From the NCBI GenBank assembly GCA_037142615.1, contig JBAXAI010000001.1, positions 352,001-416,000 on the forward strand: a stretch of DNA of 64,000 bases, in the 5' to 3' direction. Under the pieces are notes generated by a model, which was not told the DNA's origin, made no database searches, and saw nothing but the letters and a program-made list of their open reading frames with translations. Source of the DNA: Spirochaetales bacterium. Lineage in GTDB: Bacteria > Spirochaetota > Spirochaetia > JABEVK01. Shown here piece by piece: positions 9,721-19,179 of this stretch (its first letter is position 1; each line of letters begins with the position of its first letter). The position numbers and the translations under genes were made by a program.

Positions 9721-12080
9721 TTCTTGGAAACAACTTGAGGCGCGGCAAACCCATCAACAAAATCAACCAACTCGTAGATCAGCACGGGCTTGTTCTTGCC
9801 CTTGACGCGAATGTTGTCAAGTTCACGGACCACAGCCCGCTCTTTGAAGTGCGAGTAGGTGTTTTCGCTGATGATCACATTTGTTCCATATTCCTTGTTG
9901 GTACCTTCCAAGCGCGCGCCGAGGTTCACGTTGTCACCCATCAGTGTGTAGTTCATGCGCCCCTGCGAACCCATATTACCGACCGTCATGATCCCGGAAT
10001 TAAGACCAATTCCTATGTTGATCTTGCGATTTTCGGGCCATTCGGCGTTCATCTCTGCCAACTTCTCCATCATCCGCAAGCCGCATTTGGCGGCAAGTTC
10101 GGCATGGTCCTTCTCTTCCAGGGGGGCCCCCCAGAAGCACATGATCTCATCCCCCACATACTTATCCAGTGTGCCCCGGTATTCATGGATCGTGTCTGTC
10201 ATGGCAGTCAGATAGAGGTTTAGATGATTGACCAACTCCTGAGGGGACATGCCTTCAGAAAGCGAGGTGAATCCACGAATATCCGAGAAGAGAACGGTGA
10301 GTTCCTTGTCGACTCCGCCAAGTTCAGGCGGATGTTCCATTAGTTGGCTAACGACATCCGGGCTGACGTACTTTCCAAAGATTCCTCGTATCCGCTGTTT
10401 GTCGCGCTCTTCAGTCAGCGCGCGGTAAACGATAATCAGCAGGAACGTAAAGATGATTCCCGCCGCCAAGGGGGTGAAAGGGAATACAAACGAGGTGAGA
10501 TCGAAAAGTAAGGCGGCACCGACGAACGAGACGAGAAAGAGTACCAACGTAACGGCGAGGGAAAGAATCGTTGGTGTTCGTGAGGCCAAGAATGCCACCA
10601 GCATAATCAGGACAAACATCGCCAGTATGACGTAGCCGACGGGAAGATCGAGAAGGAAGTTTTGTGTGAGTATTGTATTCAGGGCGTTGGCGTGAATTTC
10701 GACGCCGTACATCAGACCGTAAGGCGTTGTTTTTTCATCGTCAGCCACGCCGCTGCTGAAGGGCCCAACCATCAGAACCTTATTTCCCAAAACACGGGTC
10801 TCTGGCCAGGTCGTGACGTCAGTTGACGGAGCTCTTGTCGCGTAACTGGAGTAACTCCGAACAGGGAACGTCTGATACTCATCGCCTTTCTCAGAAGAAC
10901 GGGGACCCATGAAGTTGACGATCATGTTTCCCGCCTGATCAATGGGGATGCGAACTTCGGCTTGAGGGAGCCTGGACCAACTTCCACTCTCTACGGAATA
11001 CGCCTCTGGCGCCGGGATAACTATCGCGTCGCCGAGGCTCACCGAAATATCGGCTGGTGTCTTGTGCCAGTAGTGTAGCGCCATGGAAAGCGTCACGGAA
11101 GGAAGAAATATATCTTGAACTTTCTGGATGAAAAAGACCTCGCGGATTTGGTCTGAACCTTCATCAGTCACCTGACGTTTCAGGGCAATGGGTTCCAGGA
11201 AGGCCGGAAGACTGTCAAGAACCTGCTGAGTCAGCGGGACTGGCAAGTTCACTTTATTCCCAGTCTTATCGGTATAGGCGTATCGGACAAACTGATTCGT
11301 GTAATCCGTGGTATCGGGTTTCAGATCCTTGAGTTCGATGCTTTCGAGAACCTTTGTTATTTTTGCAACAAGCGTCTGGCGACGGAAGATCTTGTCCGCA
11401 TCTGCAACAAAGGAAGCGTGTCCATAGCTCGCCGCCCCCTCTGCCAAAGGAATCAGCGGAGCATAGACTGTCTCAAAGCTGGGCATGTTTGCCCAGTCCC
11501 CTGTCACGTTCTTGACCGCCCCACCCCGCTGCCTCAAAACCTCAAGACGGTCAAACTGGATTTGGGACTGATCCACATCCATGGTAGACGGCGCATAGAT
11601 CGTTTCCATCACAACCCGCCCGTGGGACTTGATGGCGTCAGCAAATGCTACATCATTCTCTGCCTGACTCTCCCGATCGAGGAAGAAAAAGTCGAGAAAA
11701 ACACTGTCTTCACGCTGATTTTGGTCCGTGATCCTGCTGAGGCTATTGAGCAAATCTGCATGAACGGACCGAGAGAAAGGCCAGCGCCCCAACGTCTCGA
11801 TACTCCTATTGTCGATACCGAGAATCATGATATCCGGCGAAATCTTGTCATTCTTGGGCTTGACTGTGGCCCCTTCCTGCTCAAATTGAGGACTCACGAT
11901 GTCACGCAGACGGAAGAATCCGTCCGTCGTTGACCGGTCCATGGGTTCAAAAATGCTAAAACCCGAGAAAAAGGCCAGCCAAGTGAAGAAGACAAAAACT
12001 AAGAAACCCAGGATAAGCCCAAAGTTCTTTGTTTCCAGGATTTTGCGGAGCCGACTCGCAGACGCTTTTTCTTCATTCAT
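9717..12080 (-). CDS. CHASE2-domain class III adenylate cyclase
   Basis: CHASE2 motifs (ILGIDNRS..GRWPFSR, GVEIHANAL), three C-terminal TMs, and cyclase motifs LFSDIRGFT, DKYVGDEIM and NYTLMGDNVNLGARLE. Confidence 0.94.
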   Translation of the reverse strand: MNEEKASASRLRKILETKNFGLILGFLVFVFFTWLAFFSGFSIFEPMDRSTTDGFFRLRDIVSPQFEQEGATVKPKNDKISPDIMILGIDNRSIETLGRWPFSRSVHADLLNSLSRITDQNQREDSVFLDFFFLDRESQAENDVAFADAIKSHGRVVMETIYAPSTMDVDQSQIQFDRLEVLRQRGGAVKNVTGDWANMPSFETVYAPLIPLAEGAASYGHASFVADADKIFRRQTLVAKITKVLESIELKDLKPDTTDYTNQFVRYAYTDKTGNKVNLPVPLTQQVLDSLPAFLEPIALKRQVTDEGSDQIREVFFIQKVQDIFLPSVTLSMALHYWHKTPADISVSLGDAIVIPAPEAYSVESGSWSRLPQAEVRIPIDQAGNMIVNFMGPRSSEKGDEYQTFPVRSYSSYATRAPSTDVTTWPETRVLGNKVLMVGPFSSGVADDEKTTPYGLMYGVEIHANALNTILTQNFLLDLPVGYVILAMFVLIMLVAFLASRTPTILSLAVTLVLFLVSFVGAALLFDLTSFVFPFTPLAAGIIFTFLLIIVYRALTEERDKQRIRGIFGKYVSPDVVSQLMEHPPELGGVDKELTVLFSDIRGFTSLSEGMSPQELVNHLNLYLTAMTDTIHEYRGTLDKYVGDEIMCFWGAPLEEKDHAELAAKCGLRMMEKLAEMNAEWPENRKINIGIGLNSGIMTVGNMGSQGRMNYTLMGDNVNLGARLEGTNKEYGTNVIISENTYSHFKERAVVRELDNIRVKGKNKPVLIYELVDFVDGFAAPQVVSKK

Positions 12081-12106
12081 GGAAGACCTCGTTCTCGTTT
12101 TGGGCT

Positions 12107-12799
12107 TTACTCGGAACCTAGCAGAATTATACGGTCATGTGCAAGTTTTGTCCAATTGGACTCAGGGTACTTCTCAAGCAACGCCTTGTAGGCGGCCAGA
12201 GCGTCGGCTGTTTTCAACTGAAGCTCCAGGAGGTGGCCCTTGGTAAAGTACACCTGGGGCGCAAGCACCTGATTGATGGAGTACGTTTTCAGAAAGCCAT
12301 CCAATAACGCCAACGCAGCAACGAGGTCGCCCGCTTCTTCCTGACAAACCGAAGCATTGACCATGCCGATGGGAGCCAAGTAACTTTGAGGGTCTTTTTC
12401 TGAAATTGCAGCATAGACCTTGGAAGCCTCCGACCACTTCTTCTCTTCAGCGAGGAAGTTGCCGTGAAGGAACAACGCCTTGAGCAGACCGTAGGACACG
12501 GGGGCGTTCCTTTCCACGGCCGACAGTTCATCCTCGAGAGCCCTTCCCAGGGTTTCTTTCTTGGTTAGGTCACTTTCGGACTGCCAAGAAACAAAGTCGT
12601 CCTGGCTCTTTTCAATTCGGGACGCGTAGTCCTTCTTCGTCGAGGCGTCGATCTGTGACCAGATGGCCAAACCCACAAGCACCACAATAATGACCGCCAC
12701 GATTCCAATCAGCACCGTCCGGTATTTCTGGAGGAAGTTGCTCAAGCCGTGCTTCAATTGGGTTCGTAGCGGGATCACTTCCTTACTCTTGTCCGACAT
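12107..12799 (-). CDS. Membrane-anchored TPR protein (YfgM-like architecture)
   Basis: One N-terminal TM followed by TPR-like repeats ending A..AYKALLEKYPESNW; SD AAGGAG. Confidence 0.8.
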   Translation of the reverse strand: MSDKSKEVIPLRTQLKHGLSNFLQKYRTVLIGIVAVIIVVLVGLAIWSQIDASTKKDYASRIEKSQDDFVSWQSESDLTKKETLGRALEDELSAVERNAPVSYGLLKALFLHGNFLAEEKKWSEASKVYAAISEKDPQSYLAPIGMVNASVCQEEAGDLVAALALLDGFLKTYSINQVLAPQVYFTKGHLLELQLKTADALAAYKALLEKYPESNWTKLAHDRIILLGSE

Positions 12800-14318
12800 C
12801 TTGTTCTCCTTTGTCGCGAATATCTAGCTGCAATTCTTTCATGAGTTTGGACAGGTATGTCCTTTGAATTCCAAGTTCACGGGCGGCCTTCGTCTGATTT
12901 CCGCCACAGTCACGAAGCGTCTTGTTGATCAGTCTGGTTTTATAGTCCAGTACAGAACTTTTGAGGTCAGCACCGTGGTGGGTGGACGACTCCTGGGTCA
13001 GGGGAAGCCCCCAGTCCTGTGCTGTGATCAAACTGTTTTCACAGACCAAGACGGCCCTCTCGACGACGTTTTTCAGTTCACGGACATTGCCAGGCCAAGG
13101 ATAGGCAATCAATACCTCGAGGGCCCCGGACTCCCATCCCCGAACCGACCTGCCATGTTGCACGCTGTAGTGTTTAACAAAGAGGCCCGCAAGAAGTTCT
13201 ATGTCAACTAGACGTTCTCGAAGGGGGGGCAACGAAACAGGGAGAACATGAAGTCGATAGTACAGGTCCTGACGGAATGCTCCGTCCTTCATCGCTCTTT
13301 CAAGTGGTTGATTGGTAGCCGCAACGACTCTCACGTCGGCAAAAAGTGAAACCGTTGATCCGACAGGCTCAAACACACGCGACTGGAGTACGCGAAGTAG
13401 CTTCGCTTGCAAGAGTGGCGTTAGGGTTGCAATTTCGTCGAGAAACAAGGTTCCACCGTCAGCCAGCTCAAAGCGGCCTTTTTTGTCCGTGACTGCGTCT
13501 GTGAAGGACCCTTTGACGTGGCCAAAGAGCTCGCTCTCGAGAAGGCTCTCGGGTAGGGCCGCACAGTTCACCTTGATAAGGGGTCCCGAAGCGCGTGAAC
13601 TGCCTTCATGAAGCATCTCTGCGATTCGTTCTTTGCCGGTACCGTTTTCTCCTAGAATAAGCACCGTCGAGTCCGTGGTGGCATACTTGCGGGTCAACGC
13701 GAGGACCTCGTTCATCTTTGGGTCACGGGTAACAAAGGCTTCCCCTCCGCTGTGTCCCTCCAGCGCAACACTGAGCTTTGTCAGTTCATCTTTCATCAGC
13801 TTGACTGACTGGGCGTTGTGTATCGCCATTCCTGCCTGGTTGGCAAACAGCTCCACCCAAGTCATGTCCTCGGCAGAAAAGTCCTGTCCGTTGCGCTTGT
13901 TGATAAGCTCAAGTACGCCAACACACTCACCCAGAACCCTTAGGGGGACTGCAAGAATGTTTTGAGTTGGGTAGCCGATATCACGGGAAATCTGGGCCGC
14001 AAACCGCCGGTCCTTGGCAACGTCGGGAACGTGCAGTGGAACGTTGTGTTTGGCGACCCAACCGGCTATCCCCTCACCGTTCTTGAGAACGAAGGACTTG
14101 ACCTCAGTGCCTTTAGGGCCCAAAGCCACGACGAACTCCAAGTTCGAGGTCACCTTGTTGAGCATCAGCAGGCTCGCCGACTCGCCCGAAGTCAACTCCA
14201 TGGCAGAATCAAGAATCTCCTCGAACAACCCGTTAAGATCAAAAGAGCGGGAGTTGAGTTGATTGTTGATTTCCAGAAAGACATCCAGCTTCTGGGGGTC
14301 GACAGGAGAGTGAAACAT
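12783..14318 (-). CDS. GAF-domain sigma54-interacting (NtrC/NifA-like) transcriptional regulator
   Basis: GAF domain (GEGIAGWVA, NILAVPL, GVLELINK); AAA+ GENGTGKE, ESELFGH, GTLFLDEI, WPGNVREL; Fis-type HTH NQTKAARELGI. Confidence 0.95.
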   Translation of the reverse strand: MFHSPVDPQKLDVFLEINNQLNSRSFDLNGLFEEILDSAMELTSGESASLLMLNKVTSNLEFVVALGPKGTEVKSFVLKNGEGIAGWVAKHNVPLHVPDVAKDRRFAAQISRDIGYPTQNILAVPLRVLGECVGVLELINKRNGQDFSAEDMTWVELFANQAGMAIHNAQSVKLMKDELTKLSVALEGHSGGEAFVTRDPKMNEVLALTRKYATTDSTVLILGENGTGKERIAEMLHEGSSRASGPLIKVNCAALPESLLESELFGHVKGSFTDAVTDKKGRFELADGGTLFLDEIATLTPLLQAKLLRVLQSRVFEPVGSTVSLFADVRVVAATNQPLERAMKDGAFRQDLYYRLHVLPVSLPPLRERLVDIELLAGLFVKHYSVQHGRSVRGWESGALEVLIAYPWPGNVRELKNVVERAVLVCENSLITAQDWGLPLTQESSTHHGADLKSSVLDYKTRLINKTLRDCGGNQTKAARELGIQRTYLSKLMKELQLDIRDKGEQDVGQE

Positions 14319-14341
14319 CGGACCTCATCCCAGGAAATCTC

Positions 14342-16684
14342 TTACTTCTTGAAAAGATCGCCCAGACGGAAACTGGAATGGTCGTCATCCTTCTGGATGT
14401 ACTTCGAAATCTCTTCCTTCTGCTGCTGCTTGACGAAATCCTTCAGAGAAAGAGACAGCTTCTGACGCTCAACAGAGACTTCCATCACCAGGACTTTCAG
14501 TTTATCGCCTACGGTCAACGACTTCATGAAGTCATCGGCTGTCTGGTCACGGGTGTCACAGAGGTTCGACTTGGGAATCAACCCCTCGATGTTGCCCAAG
14601 ACACGCAAGAACACGCCAAACTCCGTCTTGCTGACAATGCTTCCCTCAATCGGTGTGCCGCGGGGATAGGACTTTCGGAGACTCTCCCATGGGTCATCAC
14701 CGACCTGCTTGACTCCGAGTCGAATGCGCCGAGCTTCGGTATCGACACTCAGCACCTTCACTTCAACCATTTGCCCGTCCTTGAGTTCGCTGGTCGCGTT
14801 CTTGGACTTCTTGACCCAGGAGAGATCATCCACGTGAAGGAAGCCATCCACGCCCTCTTCCAAGGTCACGAAAGCGCCGACTGGAGTCACTTTCTTCACC
14901 GGAAGCGTAAGCACCTTTCCGACCGGGAACTTGACGGCGGCTTCGTCCCATGGATTGGCCGAAACCTGCTTGAGCCCCAGAGAAATACGAGTCTGTTCCA
15001 TGTCGTAGGCAAGGATTTTCGTTTGAACAATGTCGCCGGGCTTCAGGACTTCCTTGGGGTGTGAAATCCGCTTGACCCAGGACATTTCAGAAATGTGCAC
15101 AAGACCCTCGACGCCTTCTTCGATCTCGATGAAGGCACCGAAATCGGCCAATTTGGTGACCTTTCCGGTGACCACGTCTCCGACTTTGAACTTCTTCTCA
15201 AAGAGGACCCAAGGGTTGACTCCGAGGGCCTTGAGGCTGAGGTTAATCTTCTTTTCGGTGGGATCGAGCTTGACGACCTTGAGCTTGATCTTGTCACCCT
15301 TCTGGACAAAATCCTTTGGTCGCGTCACGTGCCCCCAACTCATGTCATTGAGGTGCAAGAGGCCGTCAAAGCCTCCAAGATCCACAAAAGCACCGAACGA
15401 GGTGAAAGACTTGACTTCCCCTTCGACCACGTCGCCCTCTTTCGTCTTCTGGAAAAACTCGGATCTCTTGACGTCTGTTTCGCGAAGCAACAAATCCCGT
15501 CGATTCAAAACGATGTTGGCAGTCTTTTCCCAGACAAGCTTCTCGACCAGAAACGAACCGACCTTTCCAAGCAGTTCCTCCGGAACTTCGACCCGCACCG
15601 AGTCGGCCTTAGACAAGGGAACGAAAGCTCGATACGTGTGACCGAGATCAACCTCGTACCCACCCTTCACCACTTTTGTAAACTTTCCGGTAAGCGGCGT
15701 TTTCTTCTCATAGGCGTCGTTGAGTTGTTCCCGGAAAGAAATTGCGTCGGCTTTTTCCTTGCTGATTTCAATACTGCCCTTGCTGGATTCCTTTCGTTCA
15801 AGCACGACCTTGACGCGGTCGCCGACTTGAGGAGGAGTCTGAAACTCCGTAAGGGGAATCACTCCGTCGGACTTGTAACCAATTCCGATGCTGACGGAGT
15901 CAGACGAGACGGAAATGACCGTCCCTTCTACAAGGCTGCCTTCCTGGAGGTTTTCGAGATTCTTAAGGTATTCTTCCTGAAGAATGGTCTGGTTGTTGTC
16001 GGTTTCTGCCATGGCTTGCAAAAAACTCCTGGATTGGGGGCTGGATGCGAGAACGATGTCGGCCACTCTGGCACAAACAGCAGCAATGGTCAAGTCAGAG
16101 CAGTCTAGGAAATGAACTCCAGGCATCACCACCAAGGGACCATGTTTCTTGTTCCGGTCGATCGAGTCGCGCTCGCGAATCGCGTCCAGGACTCTCTCAT
16201 AGGCAACGTCCTCAGGACGCTCCTCGAAGCGTCGGCGGGCACGGACCTCGGGGGTTGCGTCAAGAAAGAGCCTGACGTCGGCCTCGGGGAACACGACGCT
16301 GGTGATATCTCGGCCCTCGCAAACTAAACGGTGCTTTTTGCCCAGACTCCGAAAAATCGCGTTGAACTGACTGCGGACTTCGGGCACTTCTGACACTTGG
16401 GCCACCCACACGTCAACTTCAACCGAGTGAAGTTCCGAACCCAGCGGAACGCCATCGACCACGACGGCCCCATCGAGGAACTCCCAATGCAACGAGGCAG
16501 AAAAGGGAACCAAGACCTCGGGCAACCCCAGTTCTGTCGGAAGTAGTCCGGCGCTGAGTGCGCGATAGGTCAACGCGCGATAGAAACGACCGGTGTTGAG
16601 CACCAGACAGCCAAAAGAAGTGGCAAGGTGCCTGGCGATTGTGCTTTTTCCGACTCCGGCAGGACCATCAATGGCGATGACCAT
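14342..16684 (-). CDS. cmk-rpsA: Bifunctional cytidylate kinase / 30S ribosomal protein S1 fusion
   Basis: IAIDGPAGVGKST, EGRDI and FLDA.PEVRARRR (Cmk) in frame with six S1 repeats (FGAFVDLGG.DGLLH etc.). ATG 16684 follows a GGGGAG SD; the alternative start is GTG 16696. Confidence 0.95.
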   Translation of the reverse strand: MVIAIDGPAGVGKSTIARHLATSFGCLVLNTGRFYRALTYRALSAGLLPTELGLPEVLVPFSASLHWEFLDGAVVVDGVPLGSELHSVEVDVWVAQVSEVPEVRSQFNAIFRSLGKKHRLVCEGRDITSVVFPEADVRLFLDATPEVRARRRFEERPEDVAYERVLDAIRERDSIDRNKKHGPLVVMPGVHFLDCSDLTIAAVCARVADIVLASSPQSRSFLQAMAETDNNQTILQEEYLKNLENLQEGSLVEGTVISVSSDSVSIGIGYKSDGVIPLTEFQTPPQVGDRVKVVLERKESSKGSIEISKEKADAISFREQLNDAYEKKTPLTGKFTKVVKGGYEVDLGHTYRAFVPLSKADSVRVEVPEELLGKVGSFLVEKLVWEKTANIVLNRRDLLLRETDVKRSEFFQKTKEGDVVEGEVKSFTSFGAFVDLGGFDGLLHLNDMSWGHVTRPKDFVQKGDKIKLKVVKLDPTEKKINLSLKALGVNPWVLFEKKFKVGDVVTGKVTKLADFGAFIEIEEGVEGLVHISEMSWVKRISHPKEVLKPGDIVQTKILAYDMEQTRISLGLKQVSANPWDEAAVKFPVGKVLTLPVKKVTPVGAFVTLEEGVDGFLHVDDLSWVKKSKNATSELKDGQMVEVKVLSVDTEARRIRLGVKQVGDDPWESLRKSYPRGTPIEGSIVSKTEFGVFLRVLGNIEGLIPKSNLCDTRDQTADDFMKSLTVGDKLKVLVMEVSVERQKLSLSLKDFVKQQQKEEISKYIQKDDDHSSFRLGDLFKK

Positions 16685-17435
16685 GCGACTCCCCACTGCC
16701 CTTGGCCAGCATTTTCACTTCGGTCTCGGTGAGTTTTCGAAAACGGCCCGACTCGAGGCCGCGAAGAAGCACCACACCAATTCGCATTCGATGGACCCGT
16801 TTGACTGTGATGTTGCGGCTTTGGAAGACCTTGCGGATCTCGCGGTTCTTGCCTTCGGAAAGGACTAAACGGACCGAGTGAGGACCTGCCATGGCCCAGG
16901 ACTGACACTGAAAATGCTCACCCTGAAACCAAAGTCCTTGTTGAAACTCTTCCAGCAACTCAATCGGGATTTCCTTCTTGGTCTGGACCAGATATTCCTT
17001 TTCCACAGAACTGGAGGGATGGGAAAGGTGCCGCGCCCATTCGCCATCGTTGGTCAGCAGTAGCAAACCACTGGTCATGTAGTCCAAGCGGCCCACCGTG
17101 AACAAACGTTCTTTGACAAACGGTTGGATAAGGTCGAGGGCTAAGTCGCGCTTGGCGTCGTCCTGGGTGCTGCAGACGTACTTGGAGGGCTTGTGCAGGA
17201 CATAGTAAACCTTTCGCAAAGTTTGCGAGATTGCCCTCCCGTCGAGAGCGATCTCGTCGGTTTCGTTGACCCTGGCGCCGGGCTCGCAGACCGTCTTACC
17301 GTTGACCTGGATGCGACCGTTCTGCAGTAATTCGACGGCAGACCGTCTCGAGGCCACACCGGCACGGGCCAGCCACACCTGTAGACGTATGCTTGCTCCC
17401 GATTCAGGATCCAAGTCAGTGTCGTTGGATTTCAA
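16668..17435 (-). CDS. rluB: rRNA pseudouridine synthase, RluB/RsuA family
   Basis: S4 domain RLQVWLARAGVASRR, catalytic VGRLD, EG.NREIR; lies downstream of scpAB. Confidence 0.9.
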   Translation of the reverse strand: MKSNDTDLDPESGASIRLQVWLARAGVASRRSAVELLQNGRIQVNGKTVCEPGARVNETDEIALDGRAISQTLRKVYYVLHKPSKYVCSTQDDAKRDLALDLIQPFVKERLFTVGRLDYMTSGLLLLTNDGEWARHLSHPSSSVEKEYLVQTKKEIPIELLEEFQQGLWFQGEHFQCQSWAMAGPHSVRLVLSEGKNREIRKVFQSRNITVKRVHRMRIGVVLLRGLESGRFRKLTETEVKMLAKGSGESHGHRH

Positions 17436-17952
17436 AGCGCTCCCTTTCGGCTTCGTCTAGTCTTGGCAGTTCAGCAATGCTGGACAAGCCGAAGAACTGA
17501 AGAAACTCTTTCGTCGTTCCGTATTGGACTGGGCGTCCGGGGGTATCTTTTCGACCGATTTCCTTGATATAGCCCTTCTCGGCGAGAACTTTCAGCGTTC
17601 CAGTGCTGTTGACACCACGGATTCCGTCAATTTCAACCCTCGTCACGGGTTGTGAGTAGGCGATGATCGACAGCGTCTCGAGCGCGGCTCTGGACATCTT
17701 TTCGTCGGTCTTCTTGCCGTAGTGATGTCGTAGAACTTCCATAAGGTCGCGACGAGGAATCAGAGAGAAGCCTCCGCCGAGTTCCGACAGCTCGACCCCG
17801 CTGCCAGAGCTTGAATAGCGAGCATGGAGAACTCCCAGCGCCCGCGTCACGGAAGCCTCGTCCAAGCGAGTGATGCGGGCCAAGGTTGCCAAATCAACCG
17901 GGTCGGACTCCAGAAAGAGGACAGCCTCGAGAAGGGCTTCCTCATGCGGCAT
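17416..17952 (-). CDS. scpB: SMC-Scp complex subunit ScpB
   Basis: LEAVLF, SRAALETLSIIAYSQPVTR.EI..IRGV and PGRP.QYGTT..FL..FGL. Confidence 0.96.
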   Translation of the reverse strand: MPHEEALLEAVLFLESDPVDLATLARITRLDEASVTRALGVLHARYSSSGSGVELSELGGGFSLIPRRDLMEVLRHHYGKKTDEKMSRAALETLSIIAYSQPVTRVEIDGIRGVNSTGTLKVLAEKGYIKEIGRKDTPGRPVQYGTTKEFLQFFGLSSIAELPRLDEAERERFEIQRH

Positions 17953-18679
17953 CGGACAACCCCCGTTGAACACGGATATCACCATACAGACGGCTCTGTG
18001 TCAGGCGAACCTGCCGGGATTTGACAAGTTCCAAGACCGCCAAGAACGCACAGATCACCTCAAGGAGGGAATCGGGGCGCAGGATCAGATCTGTAAAGAG
18101 GAAGGGGCCCCGTGTCTCCAACAGTTCCAGAATCAACGTGATTTTCTCGTTGACAGTTACATCCTCGCGCAGATCCACCAAGCGCTCAGGGCTCAAGGTC
18201 TTCATGATTCGCGAGAAAGTCTGCAACAAGTCCCAAACTTCGACCTGTTCCCAAAACTCATCGGCAGCCTCGAAGGGCAAAACCGGCTGTTTCTTCTTCC
18301 GTTCCCAAATCCAGTCAGCTTCGCCTTCCTGCTCGGCCATGAGTTCGGCCAAGCGCTTGAACTTCTGGTATTCGATCAGGCGAACCACAAGATCCTGGCG
18401 GGGATCGTCGAGTTCGTCCTCCTCGCCTTCGCGCTGGGGTAGCAGTGTGCGACTCTTGATGTAAAGTAAAGTGGCCGCCAGCTGATAGAACTCTGTGACC
18501 TGCTCGAGATCGATCTTCGTTGCCAATCGCAGAACTTCCAGATATTGCTCGGTGATGAGGGCCATCGGTATATCGTAAATGTTGACCTCATTCTTGCGCA
18601 CAAGGAAGAGCAAGAGGTCCAAGGGCCCCTCAAAGTCGGCGAGCTTGAAGGACTGTTTTTCAAATGCTGGGGAAACCAT
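17942..18679 (-). CDS. scpA: Segregation/condensation protein A (kleisin)
   Basis: FEGPLDLLLFL, IYDIP, AATLLYIKSR.LLP and FLAVLEL. Confidence 0.96.
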   Translation of the reverse strand: MVSPAFEKQSFKLADFEGPLDLLLFLVRKNEVNIYDIPMALITEQYLEVLRLATKIDLEQVTEFYQLAATLLYIKSRTLLPQREGEEDELDDPRQDLVVRLIEYQKFKRLAELMAEQEGEADWIWERKKKQPVLPFEAADEFWEQVEVWDLLQTFSRIMKTLSPERLVDLREDVTVNEKITLILELLETRGPFLFTDLILRPDSLLEVICAFLAVLELVKSRQVRLTQSRLYGDIRVQRGLSDAA

Positions 18680-18688
18680 ACCGAGAAA

Positions 18689-18697
18689 AGATTACCA
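18689..18697 (-). promoter_or_regulatory. Putative extended -10 promoter (near-leaderless) for scpA
   Basis: Minus strand TGgTAATCT ends 9 nt before the scpA ATG; no SD present. Confidence 0.4.
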
Positions 18698-19177
18698 CGA
18701 TTCGCAGCAACGCTCAACGCCTTGCGCCGCCAGACCCGAAAGGACCTCCGAAAGCAGCAAGTCATGAACTGGATGCCTTAGGCCCGGGGCGATTTCCACC
18801 AGTGGCTCAAGAACAAACTGGCGAACCAGCAATCCTGGATGAGGCAGAGTCAAGCGAGCACCTTCCAGTCGTCTGGAATCAAAGAGGAGCAAATCGAGAT
18901 CCACCGTCCGGGGACCCTTGGGCCGAGCCGGATCGCGCCTGCGCCCGAGCCTGTTTTCCAGCATCTGCAAGCGTTCCAGCAATGTCCAAGGGGAGGAGTT
19001 CCAGACCCCAGACACCACAGCATTCCAGAAGGGAGGCTGATCGGTGTCAATAAGGGGAGCCGTGCGATACAACGAGGAGCATCGCAAAGGCCCTAGCAGG
19101 AGTTCCAAGGTAGTCCGGGCAGAAGCGAAAGCTTCCAGCGTCCGCCCGTCATTGCCTCCGAGCCCCACGGCAACCAC
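18692..19177 (-). CDS. folK: 2-amino-4-hydroxy-6-hydroxymethyldihydropteridine diphosphokinase
   Basis: GLGGN, SSLYRTAP, QPPFWNAV, GPRTVDLDLL and LPHP..R.FVL.PL. Confidence 0.94.
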   Translation of the reverse strand: MVAVGLGGNDGRTLEAFASARTTLELLLGPLRCSSLYRTAPLIDTDQPPFWNAVVSGVWNSSPWTLLERLQMLENRLGRRRDPARPKGPRTVDLDLLLFDSRRLEGARLTLPHPGLLVRQFVLEPLVEIAPGLRHPVHDLLLSEVLSGLAAQGVERCCESW

Positions 19178-19179
19178 AG

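Noticed and set aside
18692-19177. Isolated folK without folB/folP
   Set aside because: Scattered folate genes are common; nothing unusual can be shown from this window.
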